Of a DNA stretch of 64,000 nucleotides, positions 23,149 through 37,900 are shown one piece after another; the first letter of the stretch is position 1; every line of letters starts with the position of its first letter. Both the position numbers and the translations under genes were made by a program. The stretch covers positions 868,001 through 932,000 of the forward strand of contig NC_089431.1 in assembly GCF_026210795.1 (NCBI RefSeq), in the 5' to 3' direction. The notes under the pieces were generated by a model, which was not told the DNA's origin, searched no databases, and saw only the letters and a program-made list of their open reading frames with translations. The stretch comes from Rhizophagus irregularis. Taxonomy: Eukaryota.

Positions 23149-24849
23149 TTAATCTCTTAATCTCCTAATCTCTTGATTTCCTATGGATGAAAAAAATTCT
23201 TTTACAGCCAAAGAATTTTTACCAAATAAAACTTCCGAAATAATACTACAATTTTTCAATTGATAACCTAATTTAAATTGAGAAAATTCTAATTTATTAA
23301 TTTTTAAATATAATAAAGAATCAGGTATAAAATTAATAAAAGATAATATAACATCTTCATTAATTTTAATAATATTAAATTCATAAACATATAAAATTTT
23401 TAAAAATTTACAATGTTTAAGTATAGAAAATAAAGCTATAAAATCTTTTTCTTCAGATATTGGAGTGATTAATGAAATAAGTGAAGAACAATTTTTTGAT
23501 ATTAAATCAAATAATTTTATACAACGTTCCATACTTGTATGTATATCCAAATGAGTTAAATTATGTCCATTATTTTTTATAATAAAAGTAATTAAAGAAT
23601 TTTTTGAACTATATTCCCAATATGTTAATTTTTTTAATTTAGGAAAGTTCAATGAAATAATAATATTATTATTAATATCATCATCATCATTTTCATCATC
23701 ATCATCATCATCATCATTATCAATTGTAAAATGTAATTGATGTAAGATTAAATCTTGTAAATTATCAAACTTTGATAAACTTTTAATCGCGTCATCATCA
23801 ATTATGCATGAATTGAGTTTAAGCTTAATTAAAGTTGAAGTATGAATTTGTAAAGATTGAATTATTGGGGTAACAATTACATTATTACCAATTATAGAAA
23901 CGGATTGAAGAGAATGAAGAGAATTAATAAAATCGATCACATCATCAAATGAATCTTCCGATGAGATACTTAAGGATATTGAAATAATATTATATTTTGA
24001 AATCTTTTTTAATATTCTTGAATCAATCATTTGACAAAAATCAAAATGAGATAAATTTGATAAAAATTGATCATTATTATTATGATCTAATTGAATTAAT
24101 TGTTTACAAAGATGATTTGTGATGATTGAAACATCCATTATATAAAGGGAATCAATCATGGAATAATTAAATAATATTTTAAATAAAGATTCAATTATAA
24201 AATTAAAAAAAATTTGTGGATTTTTATCAAAATTAATAAAAGGACAATGAAAATTAATAGAATTTGTCATATAACGAAGATATTCCCAACCACTTAAACT
24301 TTTATATAAATAAAAATTGAGAAACCTTGAAGAATTTGATAATGTTTCACTTAATAAATTATTTAACCATTTATTTACCAATACCACCAAATCAACAAAA
24401 CTAACAAGTTTAATATATTTGGGATAATCAAATGATGATGATGATGTAGGAATTTTTAAATCTTGAATAGGAATTTTTAAATCATAATGTAATCTTGGAT
24501 AAAAATTTGAAGTATCTTTTGGTATATAAAAATGTTTTGATAAATTATTTAAATCTTTTTTAGAATTTAAATCAAGAAATGATAATAATATTGGTATTAT
24601 TTTATAAAATTTATTAAAAGGATATTTTGTTGTTAAATTTGTTGAATTTGAATTTGAATTTTTTAAATTTGGATTTGAATTTGTGATTAAATTTGAAAAT
24701 GATAAAGGAGCTCTCCATAATCGTACTATACTAAATTTACACCAATCATGATTAACTAAAGTGGCGGAATGTAAAGTTTTGATATCATTTTCTTCAATTT
24801 GATTTATAATACATTCTATACATTTACTTGGTAATTCTGGTAATATCAT
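23149..24849 (-). CDS. F-box/LRR (RNI-like) protein
   Basis: N-terminal LPELPSKCIECII...LHSATLVNHDWC...LWRAP, FDYPKYIK and C-terminal LxxLxL repeats. Confidence 0.8.
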   Translation of the reverse strand: MILPELPSKCIECIINQIEENDIKTLHSATLVNHDWCKFSIVRLWRAPLSFSNLITNSNPNLKNSNSNSTNLTTKYPFNKFYKIIPILLSFLDLNSKKDLNNLSKHFYIPKDTSNFYPRLHYDLKIPIQDLKIPTSSSSFDYPKYIKLVSFVDLVVLVNKWLNNLLSETLSNSSRFLNFYLYKSLSGWEYLRYMTNSINFHCPFINFDKNPQIFFNFIIESLFKILFNYSMIDSLYIMDVSIITNHLCKQLIQLDHNNNDQFLSNLSHFDFCQMIDSRILKKISKYNIISISLSISSEDSFDDVIDFINSLHSLQSVSIIGNNVIVTPIIQSLQIHTSTLIKLKLNSCIIDDDAIKSLSKFDNLQDLILHQLHFTIDNDDDDDDDENDDDDINNNIIISLNFPKLKKLTYWEYSSKNSLITFIIKNNGHNLTHLDIHTSMERCIKLFDLISKNCSSLISLITPISEEKDFIALFSILKHCKFLKILYVYEFNIIKINEDVILSFINFIPDSLLYLKINKLEFSQFKLGYQLKNCSIISEVLFGKNSLAVKEFFSSIGNQEIRRLRD

Positions 24850-25564
24850 TTTTAATTATGAAAGAAAAAGGAATAGAAGGATATTTAAAAAAGAGAAGAA
24901 ATAGTGAGAAAGAGAAAAAAAGCTTTTAAATAAAATGATTTTTTTTTTTTTTTAGTTGTGAACTTGTGATTGATGAGAAAATTTTTGGTTTTTGAACTTA
25001 ATATATATGCATTATACAAATATATCATAGTTATTACTATTGGTTTGCATAAATGTTTACATATCGCATAAATTATTTTTTCTATTATAATTTCCTTATT
25101 TTTTACAGTAATTAAGTATATTAAAATGTCTGATATATTAAGAATTTTAAGTTACACGAACTCGTTATAAAAAGTAAATGTGTGTGGCGTTTTTTTCCTT
25201 CTAACGAAATACAGTATATAAATGTGAATATAATGTGTACACATCTGATAAAATTATATTTTTACTGTAAAAAAAAACTTTAACAAATTCAGCATTATGA
25301 ATTTTCATGAACTTTCTTTAAATTATCATAAGAGAAAAGTGAAAGGAAGTTCATTAAAGTTCTTTGTTATTTTTTATTATTAGAATGTGGCTTATTTTAC
25401 ACGTGGTTACTATTTTGTATATCAAATGTGGCTTACCCTTTATTATTCTCGGTTATTAAGAATAAAAATTAATAAAATGAAACGCGTATAAAGCGTATTA
25501 CAAATTATGAATAATTGCATTATTATTATAATAATTTGTTTTAAATATCTAATTATTTATTTAT

Positions 25565-27072
25565 TTATTTATCGATAGTTATAATTTGTTGTTCTCTCCA
25601 TTTAGCACCTTTAAAATATACGATGATTAATGCTGATACACTCAATAAACTAGCAGCTCCTAATAAAGTAAACATCCAACCTAATCCGATTGAATCTTGT
25701 AATAGAATAGTAAATAATGAAAATATTCCTGTTAATACACTTCTTAAAAATACATGAGTTGATATTGCCGAAGCACTTTGATCAGGATACGAATCTATTA
25801 AATATGCTGATGTTGAAGTATATACAGTCATTACACTGAATCCACCTAAAAATAAATAAATAAATATTATAATGTCTTCCGGACAAATTATATAATCCCT
25901 TGTTACGCTCCGGACTAAAAAACAAAAAATTTCTTCATTTCAATACTTAATTAAATACTTACTTAAGAATATTAATATAATTGGTAATGAAATATGAACT
26001 TTTCGTTCAATTAACCATCCATACGCGATAAAAATTAATGGTATAATTATAGAACCTAACCATATACTATTAATTCTTTGTTCAGGTATAAGTTTACCAT
26101 TATTCTTATTCTTAAATTTAATTAATACAATATCAGACCATTTACCACCTATTACGTTACCTAAGATTTGACCCAAACCTAAACTAATAAATACTAATCC
26201 AGCTTTGGATGGGCTTAATCCATAAAACTTCTTGGTATCGAAGATGTTTTAATATTAATAATTCCAAATAGAATGCTCGTGTAAATATTTATTAAGATTA
26301 CATTCGGATATTTAAACATGTATAAAGGTAAGAATGGATTGAACTTTTTTTTCTTCATCATATCATCATGTTTGATAGTAAAAGTTATTTTTGAATTGTA
26401 TGTTTCAGAAATAAAGAATAAAGAAATTAAAGTTAATGATCCAAAAATTGAGAGAAACCAAAAAATCCATCTCCATCCAAGATAATCAGTAATATAACCA
26501 CCAACAATTGGACCAATTATTGGTCCTATTACTATAACTAAACTAAAATAACCATAAGCTGTTCCTCTCTCTGTCGGAATGTAAATATCTGAAATAGTAC
26601 CAGCTCCTATACATAAAGCTGCTGATACTCCTGATGCTTGTAATCCACGCATTATTAGTAATAACCAAATATTTGTGGCTACCGCGCATGTAATACTCGT
26701 AATCATGAATAATAACAATGATATTACATACGCTTTCTTTCTTGTTTCATATACTTCTGAATATGATGCCCATCCAAGTGGAGCTATTCCATTAAAAAAT
26801 GTGCTAATGGATATCAATGCATTAGAAAGGAATTTAGTGGTATGAAGACTTTCGGTGATATCTATAATTGAAGGGTATAGGATCGAATTGGCTATGGGTG
26901 ATGTCATTGTCACAAATCCCACCAAGCTTAGCGTAAATAATTTCTTATTTTTACTCCAATTTAATGGATTTAAATTTAAATTATTTACTTTTTCTTCTTT
27001 CGAATTTTGAATCGATTCTTCAACAATTATTATATTTTCGTCCTTGGAAATTTGTTCTTTTATTTCCGTCAT
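25565..27072 (-). pseudogene. MFS multidrug transporter (DHA1-like), frameshift at ~26228, one intron (~25848-25961)
   Basis: NPLNWS, RGLQASG, GAGTISDIYIPTERG, GPIIGPIVGG, LGWRWIFW, PEQRI and YLIDSYP motifs. The frame switches from PRSF to YGLSPSKAG with no GT-AG intron. Confidence 0.8.
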
Positions 27073-27715
27073 TGTAATAGAATAAAATAACTCGTATTAT
27101 CAGTCATACGTTTATATAAAGCATAATCCAATCTCTTTTTAAACTTAACTTACACCATATTTACACATAATTTAATCTAATTTTCACGGATAAATATCTT
27201 TAAATTGTAAACAAGCCATAAAATCTATTAAAAATTTCTTTTATTTCATTTTCTTTTTATCTGTTATGTAAATATTTCTTCAGCGAATATATTATTATAT
27301 CGACGAATATATTATTTTAATGTCATATACAATAAACAATACGGAAAAGTGGAAAACGCGAACCATGTCATTGACCAGTGACCACCTCAATTCATTAAAT
27401 TTCTTAAAATGTAATCCGAATGCTTTCTTAGTCCTAAAAAAATTCCATGAAATAAGTCAAGATTGACGATTTATTATAATAATGAATAATAATTTGCGAT
27501 CATAAATTACAGTAAGTAATTCATAGCGTAAATCTTATGATTGGTGTTCATTGTTGATTGTATGATTATACTTACCATTGTACATATAGCATTTAATTGA
27601 TAGAAACACTAGGAAATAGAAACACATAAGGACTTAAGGAAATTCATTCTTTTTTTATTTATTTTTTTTTTCAAAAAAAAAATAAATTACAAAATTAAAA
27701 AAATTTACAAAAAAT

Positions 27716-29422
27716 TTAATACAAAATTCTATCAGTTGCTACAAAATTATAATAACCATCAAACGTATAATTTAAACTAAGACCACTATCTTTCTTTTCT
27801 CGAACAAAATCTTCCAAAGGATCCAAATAATATTCATCTGATTCACTATCAATATAAAAAGTGATCTCATTAAACATTGTAGAAAAATGATCAAAACGTC
27901 TCTTAAAAGAATTAGAAGAAGAATAATATTGATCTTTTAAAGAAATGAAACGTAAAGAAGGGAAATTAATGAAATTAATATATCGATCAAAATCCTCAAT
28001 ATAACTCATCACATAATATGTAAAATCGGCAGAAAAATATTTTAAATGTTTTAAATGATTGATATAATTAAAAAAGGTGGGTTTTTTTCTTCTTAAATCA
28101 TCAACATATTCATCATCATCATCATTAATCATTCTAATACTAACTTTTAAATCCAAATGAGATAAATTTGGACATAATTTTGATAAAGGTAAACTATTTT
28201 CAATTATATCAATATAAATATTTAACTCTAAATGTTTTAGAGTTGAACCGGATGATTTGATAATTGATTCTACTAAATCATATCTAATCTCAATATCATT
28301 AATCTTCAAAGTTACTAATTTAAGATTTGCTCTAATCAAAGGTTCTAATATTATATTAATAGGATAACATTCATTAATTTCAAGATATTCTAAATTAATT
28401 AATTGATCAAATGTGTTAAGTAAAAACATATCATTATGATGAATGTATCTTAATACTAATTTTTTGAGGGAATTTGCTTGATGTTTTATAACAGAAATTA
28501 ATCTTAATATATTAACGAAATTATAAGTTAAATTAATTGATGTTAAATTCTTTTGACTCTTAATCACATTACATAATTTTAATTCCATAGTTGGATCGAT
28601 AAAAAATAGATCATAAAACCTGACCTTTTTTATATTTTTGCAGACTGTAGGTAAAAGGTCGAGAAATTCTTGAATATTATCAAATTGTTTTACTGAAGAA
28701 TTCATGATTGATAATTTTGTTATTTCTCTTATACCATGACTTGGATAATTTGATTGATATGATTGATAGGATTGATCTAAATGATTTGAATGATTTGAAT
28801 TATTTGAATGATTTGAGTGATTTGAGTGATTTGATTGGTTTCCTTCCCCTCCTTCTTCTCCTTCTTCTCTTTCTTGTAATTCTTTAAGAAGGAAAATATT
28901 ACAATTAGGTATATCCTGATATTTTTCTGCTAAATCCAATAATAAATTTTCAATCTTTAAAGAATTTTTTAATATCAATCTTAATAAAGATTTTTCAATA
29001 ATATCAATGATTTGATTATTTTTAAAATCAATATAAATATCAGAATAAGGAAATTTTTCAACATAATAATTTTTCAACCAATAAAATGCCGCACGTCGAA
29101 CTCCTCTTGGATCAAGAATTTTTATATAACATGTATAATTAAATAGTGGCTGATAAGAATCTTCAATATCAAGTTCATATTGATTTTTTAATAAATTCTT
29201 AACTTTTTCATCAAAAAATCTAATAAATATTTCAATATTAACTGGTGAATATGTATTTGGCATAGGATTATTCCATAAATATGGTATCACTTGTTTACAT
29301 AAATTTCGATTTACTCGAACACATGAATATAATGTACTTATATCTTTTTCAAGATAATGAAAGATATTATGTATAATTTCTACGGGAAAAGAATTAAGTC
29401 CTCTCGTTTTTTCTTTAGACAT
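27716..29422 (-). CDS. F-box/LRR (RNI-like) protein
   Basis: FPVEIIHNIFHYL...LYSCVRVNRNLC...LWNNP, PLFNYTCYIK, LRR-like repeats and an NHS low-complexity insert. Confidence 0.85.
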   Translation of the reverse strand: MSKEKTRGLNSFPVEIIHNIFHYLEKDISTLYSCVRVNRNLCKQVIPYLWNNPMPNTYSPVNIEIFIRFFDEKVKNLLKNQYELDIEDSYQPLFNYTCYIKILDPRGVRRAAFYWLKNYYVEKFPYSDIYIDFKNNQIIDIIEKSLLRLILKNSLKIENLLLDLAEKYQDIPNCNIFLLKELQEREEGEEGGEGNQSNHSNHSNHSNNSNHSNHLDQSYQSYQSNYPSHGIREITKLSIMNSSVKQFDNIQEFLDLLPTVCKNIKKVRFYDLFFIDPTMELKLCNVIKSQKNLTSINLTYNFVNILRLISVIKHQANSLKKLVLRYIHHNDMFLLNTFDQLINLEYLEINECYPINIILEPLIRANLKLVTLKINDIEIRYDLVESIIKSSGSTLKHLELNIYIDIIENSLPLSKLCPNLSHLDLKVSIRMINDDDDEYVDDLRRKKPTFFNYINHLKHLKYFSADFTYYVMSYIEDFDRYINFINFPSLRFISLKDQYYSSSNSFKRRFDHFSTMFNEITFYIDSESDEYYLDPLEDFVREKKDSGLSLNYTFDGYYNFVATDRILY

Positions 29423-30187
29423 TTTTTTTTTTAGAAAGAAAAAAAAGGAAGAGTTGAAATATGATCCTAACGTAAGCTATTTATATATTTTTTTATTTTT
29501 GGAAATTTGCGGAAATCATCCGACTTCTAAATTAGAACAAATTAAAGTGTGAACTAGTTTTTGAAGACCCTATTTTTTTAAAAGCATATTACTGCATAAT
29601 TTATCATATCCCTAATTTAATATTGTTAAATTTAGAATACTATTTATGTTGTTGTATTACTCATTAATACAATAAAGGTTAATAAGGCTTTAACCTTTTA
29701 CTAGTGAAGATCGACACAAAATAACGTTATTATATCGTTATTTCCTCTGATTCAAACTCATATGATTAAAAACAATTAAATTTGTATTACTTTACATAAT
29801 TGTGTAACGGAATTATACTTTTTATGATTGATAATAGGTTGTGTAATGAAATTATACTAAATATAATAAATAATAGTTGTGAGAAAAAAAAAAGCTAGGT
29901 TTCTTTTTTAGCTTATATCTGTCAAAATCAAATCAACTTTAATTAGAAAATTTGGTTTAAACATAAATATATAACTTTTTTCCTGATTATATCCTTTAAA
30001 AAGTTCATTATAACATTTAATTGAAGTTATTCTGTAAGTTTCAAGGATTTTTAAAGAAGTAAGAAAGTATAAAATATTAATATATATTAATAAAAATTTT
30101 AGTTAGTATATTTTTTATTAATTTTAATTACATTTTTTAATTTCAAATTATTTAATAAATTATTGTAAATTTTAGTAATATGTATAG

Positions 30188-30400
30188 TAATTATTCTTTA
30201 TACCTTAATCTTAATTCTGGCCATACTGGTTTTAACTTTAATAATTATTCTTTATAACTTAATCTTAATTTTGGGCATACTGGTTTTAACTAATAATTAT
30301 TCTTTATAACTTAATCTTAATTCTGGCTATACTGGTTTTAACTTTAATAATTATCCTTTATAACTTAATCTTAATTCTGGCCACACTGGTTCTAACTTTA
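30188..30400. repeat. ~54-bp minisatellite x4
   Basis: taattattctttataacttaatcttaattctggccatactggttttaacttta units. Confidence 0.85.
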
Positions 30401-31952
30401 AATACTTATTAAGTATTGAAAGAAATCAATTATTATATATATTGTTCATATATATTTCAATATTATATATTTTAAATTTTAAATTAAAATTTTGTTCATT
30501 ATATAAATCATTAAAAAAAATAAAAAAAATTAAAATTTTGTTAAATTATAAAATTATCATTATATCAAATATCAATAAATAATAAAATCAATAAAAGATA
30601 AATTCAAATTTATTATAGTTACTGAATTTTATATACAGTATATTATATAGTAATTATCAGTCATCTTCATATTGTATATTACAATCTAAATATAATTTAA
30701 TTTAATTTAATTTAGGAATTTGTGATATATCATTTGACCAGTTAAATGTTATATTCAATGGATAAAGTGCGGATAAGTCACCGAATTTACAAAAGTTAAA
30801 AGTATGTTTTTTTATATGACCATAAATTATTCTGCATATTATATTGTATATGCATATAAAAATCCTTTTATAGAAATAAAACTCCTTAAAAAGTCAGGCT
30901 TACAATTTAAAAATAATAAAGCGAAACAAAATTTTTATGATCATTCGTCTGATTTGCTTTTTTTTCTTCTTTACAATCGCGTTGTAATGTTATGATAACA
31001 CGTCCATTGATATTGAAGAAAAAGAAAACCATACAAAATTTCTTAAAAGAATCTTCTGTATAAGCTATATAAGCCTTGCGGACTCGCGGCTATCATCACG
31101 TCTTGAATTATTAAGATAAAGAACATCTAAGCCAAAATGTGGCAAAGAATTTGATGATAAACGTTATACCAACACAGCCATGATAATAACCATTCGATAA
31201 TCGAAACTCTTTGAATAATTTGATTTGTTTTTGTTTAAAAGTTAAAAAGTTATTTCATGTTTGAATCAGGAAATTAATCCAAGATTTGTGTAATATTGTA
31301 CTACAAACAATTATATTAACATACCAAGTATTCCTTTTTAAGGTAAATTACTGGACCTAACAAAATAATTCATTTTAATTCATACATTTTCAAAATTACG
31401 AACAAATATGTTTAAAATGTTTGTAAGATTTTTGATACACAAATAAATGCCTTGTGCATACATGCATAATACGACTAATCCGTTTAATTTATCATTTATC
31501 ATATCAGCAAACGTTATTATAAAAAAATCTTGTTTTCCAAATTTTCTAAATTCTTCTTTCATCTTCTAAAGGTTATGGTCAAAAATTCTAACTTACATTC
31601 GACAAATAGACAATTGTGCTCAATAATTCCTATAAAAGATGTCAAAAGAGAAATGTTAATAAGTGTTACCTTCGGAACTATGCATCATTTGCATATCAAG
31701 CAAAAACTGTAGATCAATAGATGTGTATTATATATAATAAATCATAAATACAATTATTATTATATAAATAAAATACAATAACATACAATACACTACTAAG
31801 CCACCTGTATATAAAGATCCGATCCCCCATTCAAAAGGGCGTGTTTGAATTTTCACACTATCTTTCGCTATTTGCTTTGAATCGAAGGCAAAGTTTATTG
31901 TATTTTATTAGCCTCAAAATATACTTTAAATGTTTGGTGTTAATAAGGAGTT

Positions 31953-34177
31953 ATGGATAAATATGATATATTGTTGAGTTGTTTGGTAGCAATGCACATT
32001 TTTCTATGTCCTTTTACTAAAGTAGAAGAGAGTTTTAACCTCCAAGCGACTCATGATATTTTGGAATATGGAATAAGTTTAGAAGCCTTAAAAAAGGTAG
32101 AGTGAAAGACCTTATATTTAGTTATTCAAATTATTATTTTTCTAAAAAAAAGTTATTTACTCATAACATATACATATTTTTTTTTTTTTAATTATTTAAA
32201 GTATGACCACTTTGAATTTCCTGGAGTTGTTCCACGTACTTTTGTTGGACCATTAGTATTAAGTGGAGTGAGCTTACCATTTATTAAAATTATGAACTTT
32301 ATAATTCCTAACTTAAACAAATTTATTTCTCAATATGTTGGTAAGTTATTAAATCTAAAATTTTTTATTTTTATTTGTAATAAAAAAAAATTTTTTTCTA
32401 AAAAAAAAAAAAAAATAATAATAAGCCAAGTTTAATAAATAAATTGAACTTATTTGTTTCATATTACAGTACGGCTTGTTCTTGGATTATTTAATATATA
32501 CTCACTCTCTCGCCTTCGATCATCGATAGAAATGTCATTTGGTCGTCGTATTTCAAAAGCTTTTGGTATACTTAGTGCGTGCCAATTTCATACTATTTTC
32601 TGGGCAAGCAGAACTTTACCCAATATGTTTGCGTTTACATTAAGTATGAACAAAATTCTAATTCAAAATTCAATTCAATAGTATCATGAACATGTGATTC
32701 ATTATTATTAGTTATTCTTGCATTTTCATATTGGATTTCTGCGATTACCTCTTCCGATTCAAATAAGAAATTACTATCAATGATTCGATATATGACATTT
32801 ACTATAATAATTTTTAGATTTGAAGTAGCTTTATTACTTGTTCCGATTACGGTGTTGGAATTGTGGTTAGGAAATTTGAAGCTTCTCGATGCTCTTAAAA
32901 CTGGAATTTTTACCAGTCTGTGGAGTTTAGGTAATTATTATACCAATGCTATAATTTTAATATGAGTTATAAGAGATCATATAGTTTTCGTGATTTGATA
33001 GGTCTGTCTTTATCGGTTGATTCCTATTTTTGGCAAGAGAGATGGATGTGGCCTGAAGGTTACGTATATTATTTTAATATCGTACTTGGAAAAAGTAGTG
33101 AATGGGGTGTATGTAGAAAGCATTTTTATAACTGTTCATTTTTTTTTTTTTTTTTGTTTAAAATTAATTATTTATTCATTTTAAATTTTTTTTTTTCAAT
33201 GATGCTATTAGGTTTTGCCCTTTCACGCATATTTCACTTCCTTCCTTCCACGGCTTCTTTTAATATCTTTACCATTAAGCGTATTTTCCGCATTTGTTGA
33301 TAAGCGTACTCTTAAGTTCTTACTCCTTATGCTTTTTTTTGTAACTGGATTTTCTTTCCTTGGACATAAGGAATGGCGGTTTATCGTTTATGTTGTGCCT
33401 ATCTTTAACATGTGTGCAGCTATCGGATGGATTTGGGTGTATGTATAATTTAATTCATTAACTTACTGATTTATAGATTACAAATATTTTCGTTTCACTA
33501 ATTTAATAATTTTTATACATTAAAGAGAACGAAAAGGTTCAAAATTCGTATTTATTTTGATAAACTGGATTATTATACTTTTGTTGATTATGAGCTTTTT
33601 AGCAAGTATATCGATGACACTTGTCTCTAGTGAAAATTATCCCGGTGGCGTTGCCTTACAAAAACTTCACAAGATTCAAAATGATTATAATAATGGTGAG
33701 ATAATTTATTATTATTTTTTTTCTATCGATCTTTTTTGTTTTTTTTTTAAAAAAAAAATTTACTATATATAAATATATTACATACATAACATATTATTAG
33801 CAAAAGTCCATCTTGATGCTTATACAGCAATGACCGGTGCATCAAGATTTGGTCAGATTCGTAATGACTGGGTATATTCCAAAAACGAATCCCATTTATC
33901 ACCATCTGACTATATAGATTATACATATCTGCTGACCAGTACACCTCAAGATCATGAATCTTATTTTAAGGTTATTTATACAGTAGATGGTTATGAGAGA
34001 TTAAAGTTGAAAATGCCAAAAGTACTCGTTCATAATTGGCTGGAATTTGTTGGAATTGTTTTTTTACGTTACGATAAAAATGCGGTTTTATGGAAATCTT
34101 GGCTTCCAGTACATATTATTACTGAGCCAAAAATCTGGATTATGAGAAGAAATTCTAAAACCCTTGAATCTTTCTAA
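31953..34177 (+). CDS. ALG12: Dol-P-Man alpha-1,6-mannosyltransferase (GT22), multi-exon
   Basis: [56 protein letters not shown] and MTGASRFGQ across GT-AG exons. Confidence 0.92.
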
Positions 34178-34933
34178 ATCAGTTCTATTTGCAGAATAAA
34201 TGAGACAAACTATATTTATACACGATTAACTGGTGAGTATAAAATTGTTTATTATTTTTATCTATTTTTCTTTCTGTATTATCTGACTTTTATATTTCAG
34301 TAACTGCCGTTCATTACCTTTATTGCCTTTGAATATTATATATACGGATATCAGAAATCTTGACCTATCATTTTTGGTTCAATATGCAATTTTTATAATT
34401 CGAACGAATTATCGGGAATTTGAATTTGGAAATTTTGTAAAAGTTTATTTATACAGTGAACCCGTTCACATAATTTTGATAAAAAGGGGCGTGTAACCAA
34501 CCAAATTGTATGATGTCTGACAAAATTAATAGCTAATCGTCACCGTAAATTGTGTCACGTTGTTGTACTTTTTGTGCCCAATGACTCATTGAATATTATA
34601 TCAATATTATTATTACTCCATGATGGGGTACCTAACGTGGTACCCGGTTTTTTTTATGCTTTGCCCCAACAATCGACTAAGTTACTAAGGGAGACGAAAA
34701 AAATACCTATTAAAAAAATAATTCCCATATCCGAAGGAAAGACGGGAAAACAATAAAAAAAAAAACATTTGAAACTTTTTATAATTTCTTTAAGGACTAT
34801 TAATCTAAAATAACTTCTTCAGTTTTATACTTGTTTATGCCACCTTTGAAAAAGTTTTTTGTTTCGTTGTAATAAGCTCAAAAACTTTAGTAAATTACAA
34901 ATACACTTAAACATCAGACTGCGCCACGCCAAG

Positions 34934-37900
34934 ATGACATTTCTACAGAACAGTACAATCAATCGAAAGTCGTTTCGTCACCGTAAGGTTGACAATAAGA
35001 AACCACTACGAATCTATACACCAGGTGAAATCAACGAAGATGACTGTATACCAGTCAGTAGAGCGGGAATAGAAATAGAGACAGGGGTAGAGAAGGAGGA
35101 GGAAGAGGTTCGTTTAACCGTTTCATTGTTAATAATGTACTATATAATTTTAAAAATTCAAAGAATAAATACTATAGTTTTCTTTAATGGAGTGAATAAA
35201 TTTCTCGTTCTTTATTAAAAAAAAATTGTCTTTTGAATAAGTGTTCTTTCTTTGTTATTGTTGCTGCGGCAAGATTATGTCATCAAAAAATAATCGTCAC
35301 ATGTATTCTTTAAAATTAAAAGAGAACGATCATATCCAAAAGATTTAGAGATTTTGATCTAATACGTGAATTTCAAGTTTTTACTCAATGACTCAAAATT
35401 TTCCTCTTTTTTTTTTTAAAAAAAACAAATTAATAATAGGAATGGCATTTAGTGAATGCATTAAAACTTCGTACAGAATCAATGGAAAAAGGAGCCACAG
35501 CTTCTGGAAAAGCCACGATTCCTGTACCAACGTCAAGTCGACGTATTTCATATTATGCTGATGTTTATCAGACACACAAATGGAAAAAACCTTCAACATA
35601 TGTTAAATTTTCTTTACCTGTTGAAGAATGTATAGGTTGTCTGTACTGTATGGACGAAAAAGATGATATATGGTTAGCGGAGCATAAACAAAAAAATAAT
35701 TCAACGTTAACTGAAGATCAATTTGAGGAAATAATGCAACACTTTGAAAATGTTGCAAAGAATAAACCTCAATTATTGGTTTGTAATAGTTATTTGAATC
35801 AAAAACGACATCCATTTTTTTTTTGTGACGTTTGATTCTTCATGTTGATCATTGCTCAAACCTAATTACTTCTTTCGTTATCATTCTTTCATCCTATAAC
35901 ACAATAGGCAAAGAAACAATTCCCATCTTGGCAAGATTGCGAAGCATGTCTTTCAGAATCGTTACTTGTCTTGAAAAGCGAAGCCGAAAAAGTGTATTCA
36001 TATTGGAAGAATAAACGTTGGGATCGGCTTAAACAATATCAAAAAGTCGGCCCATTAATGTTTGAAATAAAGGTTTGTTAGATCTTACATATAATTATGT
36101 AAATAAATGAATTTGATTAAAAATTGTTAAACCTTTTCTTTCTTTTAATTCCAGACACAAGAAGGTAAAGATGAAGAAGATCATCCATGGACCTGTTTCC
36201 GTCGTCGTGAACTTAAACCTATAAGAAGAACACGTCGCACAGAGACAGCATCATTTGATAAATTAAGGAAAATAAGGAAAGATATAAATTCTGGCCGTCA
36301 AATAATGGTCCATGTAACGATGAGAGAAAAAACAAAGAAACAGAAGATTGAATTAGATCGTAAAATTTTTGAGAAAGAATGTACCGCCAGAGAGCTACGA
36401 AAGAAGTTGGGTATTAGGAATGAAATAAGTCATGAGCAACCAAAGGTATATATATATTCATTTAATTTATTGGTTGATCAAGTATATTTATAAATTATTT
36501 AATCTGTTTTTTTCTCCTTGCAACTTAATAGAAGAGCCGAAAATCATCTTTGGCGGACTTATTAGGGTATGTTCACATTAAATACCTTTTAACGTTTTCT
36601 ATTATTATATTTACCTTCGAATTTCATCGCAATTAGTGTAACGAAGACAAAATCTGGTATCAAACTTTCTAAGAAAGATGACGAATATCCAATGACAGAT
36701 ATAACAGATGTAAGTTGATGTAATGATTTAATAATGTTTTTAATTTTAAGTAAAATTTGATAATTAATATACCTATGTTTTATTGTTTCTTGAAAAGTAT
36801 CCATACCTTGTTCAAAGGAAATCGCTTGCTGCTTCCTATTTCAGAAAATTTGATTCTCTCAAACCAACAGATCGAAATTCAATACAATGTACAGCCTTCA
36901 GAAGTCGATTTGGTAGAGGGGGTCGTAGAAGAAGGATTATCGATCGTCTTGACGTCTTTTCCTATCGACGCATACGAGAGACCAACGAAAGGTACAAGTA
37001 TGATTCAGATGGAATTGATGATGTTTTCAGTGACGACGAGTTGAACCAAGATGATGAAGAGAAGGAAGAAAATTACACAGAAAAGTATGAACTTTTAAAT
37101 AATTTTAAATGCGAAATAAATGATCGACGTTTAGAAATTCATGTGATTAAAATCAATTCATAAATTTTCTCTTTTATAGTATAATCCGGTTTCATTTGTT
37201 TAAAGAGGAGGATTATCAAAATCTTGGCGTTTATCGTCGGATACAAAAAGAAAAACAAAGTTCTCCTACGAAACAACAAAGCTTCGATGCTTTAACGGGA
37301 AACAATATACCTGCTCAAAATCCTCAACATACACCTTTAACTTTAACAAATCCAGAACAGCGAATAAATGAACTGCGTCTTGCGTCTCGTTCAAATACGG
37401 AATCTCGCACTGTCTCACAATTAGATGCTCGCGCGAATCAAGATTCTCGTCAAAAAATAGATTTGGGTAAATATTACTTTACTATAATGTAATAATAAGA
37501 ATTTTCTTTCCTCAAAGGCTAACATTAATTATTCAAACAGATCATCGCACAGGTGCTGACTCTCGAATCAATAATATGAGAAATAATGGACTAGATGCCC
37601 GTGCGAATGTTAATAATATATCGAATGTTGACTCACGTACATTTATCGATTCGCGTACTTATAATGGTTTGAATCGAAATCAAAGTGTCAATACTGAATC
37701 AAGTACGAGTCGAGATCCTCGTTTGAATTCTAATTCTCCATCAACACCACGATTAAATAGCGATTCTCGTACAGGTTCAAGACTAGTCAACAGTGTTAAT
37801 ACTGCAGATCCACGGGCACATAACGGTCTTATTTTAAGACCTACTGTGACGTTGAATCATCGCGAAAACATGACGAATCCATATAGACGCCCAATACCAA

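Noticed and set aside
22925..23170. Short repeats (tgattaacc, taatctcctaaa) as telomere-like sequence
   Set aside because: Only 3-5 degenerate copies, not TTAGGG tracts; ordinary microsatellite-like slippage.
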